Source: Tubiluchus corallicola (Eukaryota > Animalia > Priapulida). From it: DNA of 64,000 bases. Both the position numbers and the translations under genes were made by a program. Below the pieces are notes generated by a model, which was given only the letters and a program-made list of their open reading frames with translations, searched no databases and was not told where the DNA came from. Position 1 is the stretch's first letter, and the number at the start of each line of letters is the position of its first letter. The stretch covers positions 248,001 through 312,000 of the forward strand of contig JAQGDQ010000169.1 in NCBI GenBank assembly GCA_030141605.1. Reading direction: 5' to 3'. Of this stretch, positions 1 to 18,200 are shown in pieces.

Positions 1-439
1 TTTTCCCTAAAACAAATTTAGTTTTATGATGTCATCATAATTCTCGATTCTCGCATATGAATCGTCAGTGCCTTACGTGGGCTGCCCATGTACGACACTG
101 CTTTTCCGCAAATTTAGCACATGCTTTTTAGCGGAAGTGTCCTACTTCGGCTAGTGGGTTCCTCGGCGCCCTACATTTATGTATAAAGAAAGAAAATATC
201 AGGAAGTCATTCATAGATAAATATCTGTACAGTGTTGCCTTTTATGTGATAACTGTCGGAACATACGATAATCTGAGGCTTCATACCGTACAAAAAACGA
301 ACCGTACGGTTATCGATAACTTAATATAAGAGTAAGAGGTGTCAAGAGACTTTTCACAAGTTATTTTTCAAGATATCTATTCCATTTCCTACTTTCATTG
401 TGTTGCTATCTCAATTCTTTTACAATACTTTCTATGGAA

Positions 440-507
440 GTCTGGGTTTTGTTTTACGTCGCATTTTGCTGGAACGCATTAGCATTGTTAAGCGAGTACT
501 TACTGTG
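440..507 (-). mobile_element. Tigger/pogo-like terminal inverted repeat remnant
   Basis: Minus strand CAGTAAGTACTCGCTTAACAATGCTAATGCGTTCC resembles Tigger-family TIR starts from memory; no clear partner end in the window. Confidence 0.3.
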
Positions 508-1040
508 TATGTATACAACAGACTTACTTAGTACCAGATGCTGGGTATAAGTGAATCTGTTGTGCTCATTGAATGCGATATTTTTATACGACGTTCAAAA
601 TAAAAAACTTCCTCGTTGATGCACAGTGTAATGTAGAATTTTACTGTTGCAAAAATGGCTCCTTGTACATATTAATTATTTTTGTCTTTGCCCATAAAGA
701 AGTTTTGACCTTTAATTGCAAATTTATTTAATATTATTGTAAGCGAAAGCTTTCCCAACTTCATGTGCAAATTTGTTGAGCAAATGCTGCGTAAATAATA
801 TTTTAACTGTTTAATTGTCAGTCGATAAGAAAAATGTAATGGCATAGCTACTGTAGATAATTATAAATTTTGCAAAAGAAAGACTGCATGTTGGGAGGGA
901 AGGTTAATTGTTGGTTTCAAATGGTTGGATTACGTAGCACCATCACTATGCAAAGAACAATTATATTCTGTGGCTTTATTATTTAACAATAAAAAGACGT
1001 TTAAGTTTTTCATTACACTACGACTCTCCTTTAGGGACAT

Positions 1041-1931
1041 ATGATGGATATGGAAGAACAGTTGCTTTACTTTAAGTGTACGGCTTGCTCGGAGTGTTTC
1101 GTGTCAGAGGATATCTTTTTTGCTCATACCCGTACCTGGCATTGTAAGATTCTTATCTGTGTGGGACAAGATACATCTTCTGCACACATTTCTAATTCTG
1201 ATAAAAAAGACTATGATAACAGGACCAGACTTGAATTGGCTGATGACCCCAGTCAGATTGCTATAAAAGAAGATGTTTCTGGAGATATGCTTAATGATGA
1301 TAGCGACATTGAAATGATAGACTCTAATATTTATTTTAGACACTTGTCAGAGAAGAGTGATAATACTAATAAGGAGCTTGCATGTCTAAATTCTTTTTCT
1401 TCTAGTGGAAGATTTGAAAGTGACTGCTTAAACATAATGTTTGATTCTCTGGAACAGGACAACAAGGAAAGTGTCTTCTTGCAAACCAGTATGCCATCTT
1501 CCAGTAGCTCACTACCAAAAATTGACATTATGTTAATGCAGCAACAGCATCAAAGTTTAGTGCCACAGCCAGCTCCTAGTGAAGGACGGTTCCTTAAGCG
1601 AACCAAAAGTTATCAGAGTAAGAGCAACTTTAGGAAAAAGCAAAGTGGACAACTGCTTATGAAGAGGAAACAGCAGAAGGTTTGGAATGAAGTAACAACT
1701 GTTGGCAATACTGAACAAAGTGAAGAACTAATGAAGACTATAATGAGCAAGAAGCAGTATGCTTGTACTATGTGCTTTTATCATACAGAAGTGAAACAAA
1801 ACATGGAAAAACACATTAGAATACATACTGGTGAAAAACCATTTCATTGTTCATTGTGTAACAGGAGTTTTACTCAGAAAACAAGCTTGACCAGACACAA
1901 TCAAGCACTCCATACCTCAACCGATGGCTAG
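1041..1931 (+). CDS. C2H2 zinc-finger protein, paralog A (single coding exon, 296 aa)
   Basis: Uninterrupted ORF. N-terminal Cx2Cx12Hx4H finger (CTACSECFVSEDIFFAHTRTWH) and two C-terminal C2H2 fingers joined by the canonical HTGEKPF linker. Pyrimidine tract and AG acceptor (ctctcctttag) end at 1034, 6 nt before the ATG. Confidence 0.9.
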   Translation: MMDMEEQLLYFKCTACSECFVSEDIFFAHTRTWHCKILICVGQDTSSAHISNSDKKDYDNRTRLELADDPSQIAIKEDVSGDMLNDDSDIEMIDSNIYFRHLSEKSDNTNKELACLNSFSSSGRFESDCLNIMFDSLEQDNKESVFLQTSMPSSSSSLPKIDIMLMQQQHQSLVPQPAPSEGRFLKRTKSYQSKSNFRKKQSGQLLMKRKQQKVWNEVTTVGNTEQSEELMKTIMSKKQYACTMCFYHTEVKQNMEKHIRIHTGEKPFHCSLCNRSFTQKTSLTRHNQALHTSTDG

Positions 1932-3436
1932 TTCAATTTTCATGAATTGGAGTTATCTGGTTGGAGTGGTTTCTTTTTGTTGTGAACCATGCAAGTTGCA
2001 GTTACTATTTAATTTGGTGTGATGATTTAGGTTGTAATATCTCACTGTAACTGCCAAAAGAAATACAGTAAATACTGAGAAACTGTATTGAAAGTTTTGC
2101 TGTCATGCGTCATATCATGATTTTGAACTTGCTATGCTTTCTGTGTCTTGTAAAAGTAAATTTCTTATGGAAATAGCCAGCACACTTCTTCTTTGCTTGT
2201 TTCTTAACCCTATTTTAAAGGTGTGTTATTAAGGACTTTTCAAATGATAATAAGATGCTGCCTCTTCACGAGCAGGTTCTTCAATTAGTATTTTACGCTG
2301 TTGACATTTGAGTTTCAGTTTATGCTAAAATGCTGATTTGACAATCATTTAGACTTTGGCCATAGTACTAAAACTAAAGCATGTTAGATTGCTAGTTCAT
2401 TATAATTGATTCTGCTAACTTTAGTATTCTTGTGAAAGATTTTTAATTTAATGTTCATCATCTCCAAATTTTGGCAATCATATACAAGACTGATGTTCAT
2501 CATTCTTGACACTCTCTTAACAATGATATTACTTCTATTAATATTAAATGGTTTCACCTGAATTCTCAAGCTGATGTCTTTTAAATTTTAGTACCACTTA
2601 GTACAATCAGTAATACATGGTGCTAAATTCCCTACACTAAATATAGTCAACTTAAGGTATAATTTAGTAATATTTATACGTATTTTATATGCAAAGCCTA
2701 GGCTCTGTAGTTACCAAAGATGTCTGATAGGCATTAGGAATTGACGGTTGTGAGTTTTTTGAGAAATTGTTATTGATTGCGTGTAGTACATTAGTACAGA
2801 AATATACTGTAAGTATTGCAGTTTAAATCTTAAGTCTTTGTCAATGTCGTTTAAAGAAATTTGAAGAATTTTATCAGTTTGCATGTTTTAAGTACTTAGA
2901 CCTTTACCTGTGTCCCTGGTCATCAGTAATGAGGATGGGCATAGGCAGGCAGAAACTAGTTCAGAATGCGAGGCATTAGGTTACTCTCTAACTGAGTTTT
3001 TTCTACTCAACTGCTTTGATGTGCCATTTAAAACACTATTTATTGTTGTCATAAATCCACTTCTAGTACAAATTTAGAAAACCCAGTAGCTCTTTTGTGA
3101 TGTCACAATATAAATCCTGGCTAAAATCTTATTTACTTGAACAATGAGAATAAGGACAGCATCATGGTGAAATACCCATTTAATGACTAACTAATTAACA
3201 ACTATTTTTGTACCATATGAGTTTTCAAGATTTTGTTATCTTAATATTTCTTGCTTTATATACAATACCTATTAATGCATATTTGATTGATATTTTACAT
3301 TTATTACACATTTTTGTGTTAATGAATAAAAGTAGCATTGCTTTTGCTCGAGATAAGCTGTGTTTTAGTGTTATAAATCTATTTCTGTTTAATTTGTGCA
3401 GGCATCATCCTAGGAAATAAATTAATTCAGACTGAG

Positions 3437-4321
3437 ATGGAATTTGAAGAACAGTCAGTCTACTTTAAATGTACAGCTTGTTCGGAATGTTTCATGTCGG
3501 AGGATGTGTTTTTTGCTCACACCCGTACCTGGCATTGTAAGATCCTCATCTGCATGGGACACAGTGCTCAGAACTCAGATGAAGATTTGGAATATAACGT
3601 CAAGGAAGAATATTTTCAGCCTTTTAAAGATAATACTCACCAATGGGAAGAACACGAGTTCGGCGAGATTCCAGAAAGTTCTAAAATCCTAAAACTTGCC
3701 GATGATTCAGCTAACATGATCGAGAATGCAAGTAACCCCATTATTGTGCATGAAACGATAGTCGACATAGATAAAACGCGGTACTCATCTACAAATACAT
3801 TGAATTGTGTATTAAGTGGTTCAGATTTGCTCTCTTCAAATGTGACATTTGCAGAATGTAACTTGGATCAAATTCCTAAAAGTATCGGAAATGACAATAT
3901 AGGATACTTTGCGCATCTTGACCCATCGTCTTATGACAGTGCAATCATGAAATGGCAAAAATTGCGGACAATGACTACAGCAGAACTGAGTAACAAGAAC
4001 AGTCAAAATGCCAATGCCAAGAAAATTGTGAGAAGATCAAAAGCTTATTTGAGTAATAATAAAAGACACAATCGTGGGCCCTGCATGTCAAAAAATGTGC
4101 ATTGTAAAGAGCAAGCCACTGAGTTAATGAGCAAATTAAACAATAAGAGATGGGGTTGTTCAATGTGCTATTATCATACGGTTACCAGAGCTGACATGGA
4201 GAAACACATCAGAAAACATACGGGAGAAAAACCTTTTCAGTGCTTGCATTGTAGCAGGAGTTTCAGTCAAAAGACCAGTTTAAACAGACATTTGCAAGCT
4301 CTTCATAAAATGCCCAGTTGA
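3437..4321 (+). CDS. C2H2 zinc-finger protein, paralog B (single coding exon, 294 aa)
   Basis: Same architecture as 1041..1931: YFKCTACSECFMSEDVFFAHTRTWHCKILIC at the N-terminus, two C2H2 fingers with HTGEKPF linker at the C-terminus. Candidate acceptors end at 3401 and 3430; AATAAA near 4531. Confidence 0.9.
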   Translation: MEFEEQSVYFKCTACSECFMSEDVFFAHTRTWHCKILICMGHSAQNSDEDLEYNVKEEYFQPFKDNTHQWEEHEFGEIPESSKILKLADDSANMIENASNPIIVHETIVDIDKTRYSSTNTLNCVLSGSDLLSSNVTFAECNLDQIPKSIGNDNIGYFAHLDPSSYDSAIMKWQKLRTMTTAELSNKNSQNANAKKIVRRSKAYLSNNKRHNRGPCMSKNVHCKEQATELMSKLNNKRWGCSMCYYHTVTRADMEKHIRKHTGEKPFQCLHCSRSFSQKTSLNRHLQALHKMPS

Positions 4322-6461
4322 TGTTAAAATATTTGTTACTTACTACTTGATGGAAGATCTTTTGAGTATGTTCAGTTTACTTTGTCTGGTAGTCAAATGA
4401 AGTGTAATGAATAGAAGTGAAGTTTTAAAAAGTGTAACACTAGATGTGTAGTTTAAAGAAGCTTAACACATAGAAATATAATTTTCAACAATTAAATTTT
4501 GTTGCTGCTTGTGCTGTGTCTAGCAGTTTGAATAAACATCTATGTTATTGAAAAATTCTCATTGCAAATCGAATGGTCTTAAATGCCAAATCTCAAATGT
4601 GTTATGATACTGCCTTTGTTTGATTTGACTGGCAATTTAGAAAACAAACTGATAGGCCACCACACCTAATAAAATACTGATCAAGGCAGGCCATGGAATA
4701 ACTTTCTTTCTCTGGCACCATTTAAGCCTTTTAAAAAAGAGTGTCAAGTTATAATGCTTCCATTTTTTATGAATGGATGGCCTAGCAAGCATGACACTAT
4801 GAATGTGTATAATTATAATGCAAGTACTCTTTCCAGCTGTTAACAGTCCATGGTCACAATTTGCTTAAATTATTATTGAGTGCCTGCTAACCTGCCTATT
4901 ACTAACCTGCCTTTAAGTAGTCATCAAAGTTCAGGAACACTGTACATAATAACTAACCTTGCAGAGATTAAAAGGCCTAATCATGACAATAAATTGTGTA
5001 ATATTGCGTTTTTCTTTGCCTAGTAGATTTTAATAATGACAAACAAAACACCAGAAATCATTTAAATCCAGATAATGTGATGCCACTTTCGGTTTGTCCG
5101 GCATTTGAAAAGCAATGCATAGGCTCATTTGAGAAGATTCCAAATAGATAATCCACACATCCACAATAAGCTCTAATTATGTAATCAATGGTAACTTAAA
5201 TGGCATTGACTAGCAGGGCTGGCCTCAGCCATTTCGAGCCCTACTTACCTGCGACCAACCAAGTGTGTACGCATGGTTAATTGAAGGACCGTTGAAGCAT
5301 AGATTATACGCAATATGTGAGCAAATTTTGGAAAGAAATTTGACAATTTTTAGGCAGCTCTTAGTGGCTTCACGGACAAACTAAATAAATGATAATTTTC
5401 CTAAATTAAAACCGAAGCTACTAGTATGATTGATAAACGCCTTATTTATATTATTTTGTTCCTGTATGCTTAATGAGAACGCAGCGTCGCTATAGTCAGG
5501 CTTTTATATTTCTTCACTATGTATTTGCCCGTTCCCCGATTACCTAATTTGTGCATAATGTTGAAACTATGCGTAAGAATCAGAATGAGCTTTACGTGCA
5601 TACTGCATAAAGCCCACATTTCGAAGACAGTCGTAATTAGCGGTATGGACATTATTTTCATAAAAAAATGTAAGACGATTGTTTTCGCATACAAATAAAA
5701 ATGTTTCCATTAGTCCCACTTATCTTTACAGCGTTAAATTCGACCATGGGTATATTATGCATGACAACATGCTGATATTCTAGTCCTGCAAAACTAAAAC
5801 CCAGGCTACTACAAATAAACGTATGTCACCCACAAGTGTAAAATCCGTGGGGCGGGGCCTCATAATAGGTGCTAGTTCTACTCTAATCTTGTCAAATGCA
5901 CAAGTTAACAACAGATTGCAGGCTTTAAGATATCAATAACCAGGAAGCATACTACGTACGCTTAAATTAATTAATTAAATAAACCGAATTGAATTAATAA
6001 AAAACCATTTCACAGCAGTAAGAACAGATGATTATGCAATAATTTAGGCTACACGTTTTTTTCTGTATTAAAATCTGATTATATCCATTTCGTTCATTTA
6101 TTATAAGTACGTTTTTTAAGTGTGCATGTTCACGTCTTTTCCTTCCAACGTAGAGAACTTATATAAATTTTTGATAAACAATATTTATAGCTCTAATCTT
6201 CTGATTGGCTATAAACATAGATCCAAAACAATGTTTCCAATTGGTCCCCGAAGCTCTTAAGCTCGGTCCTATTACAACACTTAATTAGCAAGATCCAACC
6301 AATGAAAACAGTGACGTTACATCTAACCAGCTGCTACTCCTCTAAAGCAAGGCAAGTACAAGCAGCAGACCATTCACCTGAGCTGAATGACACACTCTAG
6401 TTTCTACAAGTTTGAGAAAGTAAAAGCGTGTACTTGTATATCGATTGTTGTGATAAAGAAA

Positions 6462-12251
<5,790 letters not shown>

Positions 12252-13097
12252 TGACAGTCTATAATACGTATCTATAGTTGAGAAGCGGAGCCTATGGAGT
12301 TATTAAAAATATCCTCTAAGATGAGATAATGATAAATTACTGAAGTAGCAAAAGTACATTTGTGTTCTGATTCATGATAAGTGCGCCTGATGACTAAGAG
12401 TAAGCATCGAACGTTCGACTTCATACGTTCATATTGAAATAACTCAGCATTTCAATTACATACGTTCTTTACCATTAAAACGACTGAAACCTCATGCAAT
12501 TATCATAATTTGGCTGTGATTTCTGTGCACAATCTTAAACAAATTATTAGTGGTTTTATTGCAGAACAAAACTGAGTAATATGCATGATCTTTGTAAGAC
12601 TAATTTTTACTGGTGGTTCGAAAACTTGTTCGAAAATCTTTCAATCTCAATTCGAATTCGAAATACTGAAATACTTCCAATTCGAATTCGAAAGTCACAT
12701 TTGCAAGAAAGAATGCTCACCCCTACTGACGACGGCAGAATGTCAGGTGAAACTGCTCAGAGACAGTTTTCCATACACTCCCATCCATTTACTGACCAAG
12801 CTTGGTTAATAAATTTTGGCTGCTAAGCGATATACTAAGTCTTCAGCCGCTTAGCTATTCCCCCATATCTATGCCTAATATTGTCTATTGTTATCTTTCG
12901 AAATACATGTAAAAATATTATTATACACATGCGAATTATAACTTAAAATGTGTTCAAGGATGAGCAGTGTCACTTGTTTTATTTTTAAAGTTATTTCTAA
13001 AGACGCTATCACATTTTGACAAATTAAATTTTAGTCTGTGCGACTCAGTTGTTAAAAAACGAGAATAATGCGAGTAACTGATCAAGTGACCTCCGCA

Positions 13098-13835
13098 GGT
13101 TCTTCTTCTTCTCTTGCTCTAAACATCTACTGTAGACAGTGAACCTTCATCCCTCATTAGAGTACTCCACTGTTTCCTGTCTGCAGCTAATATTTTCATC
13201 TCTTGTGATGTTATTATTAAATTTGGTCTCAGCTGTTATTTGCATGTCTGTAAGTCATTTAGCAGGTTTTGGTGCCTCGTTTAATGCCTGTCTTACTGGT
13301 GTTTTGGCAGTCTCACTAAATGTTCTATGCATCTTAGCCTTCTGACTCCGATTTTAGTGCCCCAAAGTTTGGTTCTGTTATACAGCTACTGATTTGAAAC
13401 GATATAATTATGGCTATTTTATTTTTTTATTTTTTTCGCAGTAGACCTCTGCAGAATACATCCATTCCTGTTTACTGCATTGCAGTCAATTTCCACATTT
13501 CGCTATTGTACATGAAGATATTTGTTATGCATGTATTGAAAAGTTGCAGCCCTATTTTGAGGGACAGTTTCGTGTTGATTAGATATGATTTTTTTCGGAC
13601 AAAACCATAATTGCTTCAAGCATCCTATTTTTTATATCATCTTCAGTCCTAAGTAACGATCCCATGCCAATGTTTCCAAAGTCTCCATCACTTGAAATGT
13701 TATATTTTTCAGTTATAGCGTTGTTGACTTTGAAATTTCTTTTTCTAGTAAGTTAAATCATTTTTAATGGTATCTGTGTGGAGAATTGAATCTACCCAAC
13801 GTCGTCAGCATATTTTTGGTCTATTAGAAGTGGCT
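13098..13835 (-). mobile_element. Decayed 3' fragment of an RTE-like non-LTR retrotransposon
   Basis: Minus strand reads LLIDQKYADDVG (RT YADD motif at 13801-13812), followed by stop- and frameshift-ridden RT C-terminal-like sequence and a (GAA)n tail near 13100. Confidence 0.6.
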
Positions 13836-15265
13836 TAAACTTTTAAAGGAATCTGGTGCAGGTTAAGCGCTCCTGCATGCGTTGTTTATTTAAGTGTGTG
13901 ATTGGTTAGTTGTACTTGTGTTTATGTTTGTGAAATAAAGCATTTATATATCATAAGTGTGACCAGCCACATGGAAAGGAAGATTATCTACATAGGTGGT
14001 ATCGTAATCATGATTGATCTGTAAGTGAAACATCTTCGTTTTGAAGTGCACTGGAAAGATATGACGTGAAACCACCAGGCTGACAGTTGGTTACCTTATT
14101 GAAGGACATCGACGTTACTTCTGAAACTTCTTTCCGTAGTATTGCCTAGTTTTACATGAAATTTGACATGTTTAAGCAGGATTTTTATCATGTGTAATTC
14201 ATCTGTGGACATTATTGACGGCAAAGAAGCAGGTTGAACTGAATTATGTTTTTTGGTAATATACGCCTGGTGCATTATGCTGTACAACCAATGGATACTG
14301 TACTACCAACACAAGAAGGTTAAATATAGATAATTACCGGTATATGCTAAGTGAATTATGAAATTATGGTTTGGTTTGATATTCGACATTCAATATTGAA
14401 CCAGGTTCTCCTGTTGGTTTGACATTCAATATTGCACCAGAAGTCGGTTTGATGGTCAAACCATGCAAATTTCGTGATACCTAACTCACCTTCGTGGTGA
14501 GTAAACCCTGATTTCCGTCTCTTGCACTGATCTCTCCTCCACTAAGTAACTAGCCAAAGAACATCCTTTTCTTGTCCAGTTATTCGTTGTTGGTTTACTC
14601 TCCTCGTAATATACCAAACTGGTATTAAAGTAGGAGGTTTTTCGCACGGAGTTCTGAATCAAGTTTTTGTTTGAAACTATACATTATTTGGGCTCACTAA
14701 TGATTCCGGTATTAACTATTATGTTGTAACGAGTTCCACAGTATCACTTCTGCTTGTAAAACACTATGCCGTTACAAAAAGCTTCGAATGACTATTCAAT
14801 ATTGATCCAAAAGCTGGCTTGATATTTAAATTCGACACAAGTACTTCAGATTTAAACAACTAGCTGTTGTATCCAAAGAAACTTTTGTGACAACTCAGCG
14901 AAAAACTGTGTTTATTAGCTATCTAACGACTAATGATACAGGTACCTGCCCGTTGCAAAAATTTCACATTCGTCAGTAATTTCACGTTTAAAGTGTTGAT
15001 GTTACCGAAGAAAAGTTTGTAACACCTTAACAAAAACATGTATTAGTCTTCAGCTCATTAGCTATCATTAGTGCCTTTGGCTTGCAACACAGAAGCAAAA
15101 AACAAGAACTGTAGAAAGCAAGAATATTATAAACTTGATTTACATATCTAAAAACATTCTCGTTTTTTATAGAAATGATATTCAGATAATTGGTAATAAA
15201 TCAAATTAATTTAATGTTATTTAGATGATGCTTCCTAGCATTTAGTGACATTTTTACTGTTCCTA

Positions 15266-18200
15266 ATGGCTGCTGTGTCACCGCCACCAAAAGTGCCAGG
15301 ATTTGTTTTAACAGAGAAGCTTGGAAGTGGAACATATGCTACTGTTTTTAAGGCTTACCGGATTGTGAGTATTATCAAGTTAGATTTTACTACACACGTA
15401 TTGATACAATTAGTTTTTATTACAAATATATATTAACAAGCCGTTGTATGTCACTGATGCTAGTCTACCGTAATAGAAATCTTTTCTGCTATGTTGTCTG
15501 CTATTGTTTTAGATTGTTCAGTAAAATAGGCTTGTTCAGTAAATGGTAAACATCATGGAAAGAACATTAATGCACTTTTCAAAGTAACTGCTAATTTTGT
15601 CAGTACCACTAACATAACTTGTTTTTTAATCTATAAACAAACATGGTGGTAATGATACGTGAAGAAGATTACTATGAGAAAATTAAATGAATGGAAAAAT
15701 GAGATGATGCCTGGTGAATGAAAATAGTTTTAAATACAGTAGGCACCGATAAATAGACACATTTTAGGGCAGAAGTGTTTTGACGCATGCATTGCAAAGA
15801 CTTTAAATGGATTTTAGAAACAAACTAATGTCAAAAATACCTATGTGCAGGTATTTAATTTATATAAGTGAATTAATAAAAAAAGAAAAAAAATCACAAA
15901 AATCTGTTTATTACCATTAAAAATTACAAAACCTCAAAAGCAAACTGCTGGGCAAGTGATTAAATGCTTAGCTTCCAGAAACAACAAGGTTAATTGCATC
16001 GGATAAGCGCGTGACAGATTCGAAGCAAAACCGTTACCTTAACATATTAACGCATATGATAAACGTACTGTACCTGCTTATAAACAAAGCTGTATCTAAC
16101 ATACCATTCCTACCTACATTATAGTGCACAAAATCAATGTAAAGATGACATAAAATCAGTAAAAGCTCTTTAGGACACACAAGTGTCTTATTTTAAGTGG
16201 TTGAAGTAAAAATATTGAGTCAATTATGAGGAGTTATTTGAGTCAATTACCGTCAATTTTGATTAACATTTGAATAGAACCAGCCCGTACCAGGCGTTTT
16301 TAAGTCAATTAAGTGACTTGAATCTATTAACCGTGAGTCTAATAAATGGCACCTACTCTATTAAAGTACTGTACTGTATCATTGTGTGACATGATGAACT
16401 GTTTTATTGTGCTAGTTCTTTATTATAATCTTTGCATTGTTTAGGGTAAAGTCAGAGAAGTTGTTGCCATTAAATGTGTCCAAAAAAGCAGTTTGACAAA
16501 AACGTCCACTGAGAACTTACTTACGGAAATAGCAATCTTGAAGAAAATTAAGCATGATCACATTGTTGAACTGAGGGACTTCCAGGTGAGTGAGTGTTCA
16601 GTGCTCGTACGTACCTGTATATTTGGCAGTGAGAAGGACAGTGGTTGATGATATAGTAGCATACAGACCAATTTATGCGACCGAATTATAAGACGAAAAG
16701 AATTATAGGTAGTAATAATTGCAAGACTGTTAGCAAATACTTGCTTTACTCATTGTAGGTTAGACTGTTATTTAGTGAAGAGCAAGACATTAGGTAGCAG
16801 TTACTAAGTAATGTTAAGTCCAGAATTCCTAATTTCAATGCAGGTATAAAGATTATCATTTCTTTCAAAATTAACTAAGTATTTTGTCAGTGGGATGATA
16901 AACACATTTACTTGATAATGGAGTTCTGCAGTGGAGGAGATCTGTCTGGCTTCATCAAATCACGACGTTGTCTGTCTGAGCGACTTGTAAAGAGACTCCT
17001 GCAGCAACTTGGTAAGGTTTATGTTTTTCTTCAAGAATAAATTTTGCTGAATAGTTAATTTTGTATTTTTATCTTATCTGTATTTTATAACTTCATGCAT
17101 TAGCTAAGTGATGTTAAAAATACTGACTACATAGTATGCTTCTTCCCAACAACTGGAATAAAACAGAAAAAAAAAACTGATGTTCAAATTTTTTTGCACA
17201 TCTTTATTAAAATAATTGTGTATTTTAACCAGATGTACAAGATATTCATTACGACAGAACTCTTAGAAATTTTTCGAATCCATGCTGATGATAACCTGCT
17301 ATATCTGGTTGAAATTTTGACAATAATTTTAATAAATCGAACAAAAAATGTGTGCATCAGTTTTTTGTTACTTTTTTCAATCCCTCGAAAGAAGCATACT
17401 ATATGGTCTGTAGTAGTCACAATGACTGCGTATTAAAGCTGGATTGAATGAAATGGGTTGGTTAGAAAATGGTTGCCAATAATCTGTTCACATTACTAGT
17501 TTTGGTTATTGTTTTATTATCGATTTGATTATTGTGGGCACACTAGTTTATTACATGATCAGCACTTAAACTTCAACCACACAACAATGAAAATGATATT
17601 AAACATATTTATGAGTAAGCCAATTTAATCGCTTTTAATGTAGAGCATGTAGCTATCTACCTAAATAATATTGAGATCACATGTATACTTGTTTACAAGT
17701 AAATGGTATTAAAAATTACTATGATTACTTATTCTTTTGTTATATATAATTTTTGCGTAGCATTGGCATTGCAGTTTCTGCGAACACGAAATATTAGTCA
17801 TATGGATTTGAAACCACAAAACATTCTATTAAAATCTAAGGAGGATCCAAAGTTAAAGCTTGCTGATTTTGGTTTTGCTCAGGTATGACTGTTTACTTTT
17901 TATATTTGTTAAATATTTTTAATGTAGTTTTAATTTATATTTTGTTTGTTAATACCATAATGAAGCAGTATGCATGTAGGTTTGTATTAAAAACTTTATA
18001 TGTTGTGAAATATCTTTATCATTGTATGTGAAATTTTCGTTTGGGTGCTTTCAATAACATTACCATTTGTACACTGATTATTTATCAATGTCATTTTTTG
18101 TAGTAAGAGATATTTTGGAATAAATACACAGGCAGGTCAGAAATGAAAAAAAACTAGAATAGTGTTATTATTGTTATTATTTTTATTGTCTTTACCTAGC

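Noticed and set aside
12380-12420. Hammerhead-ribozyme-like CTGATGA...CGAAC (similar partial motifs near 33440-33470, 44200 and 59065)
   Set aside because: The GAAA core is missing or mutated and stems I/III could not be closed; at most decayed Penelope-like remnants.
14031-14102. Chromodomain-like peptide LRFEVHWKD..DSWLPY
   Set aside because: Interrupted by stops, very short, and with no adjacent integrase or splice context.
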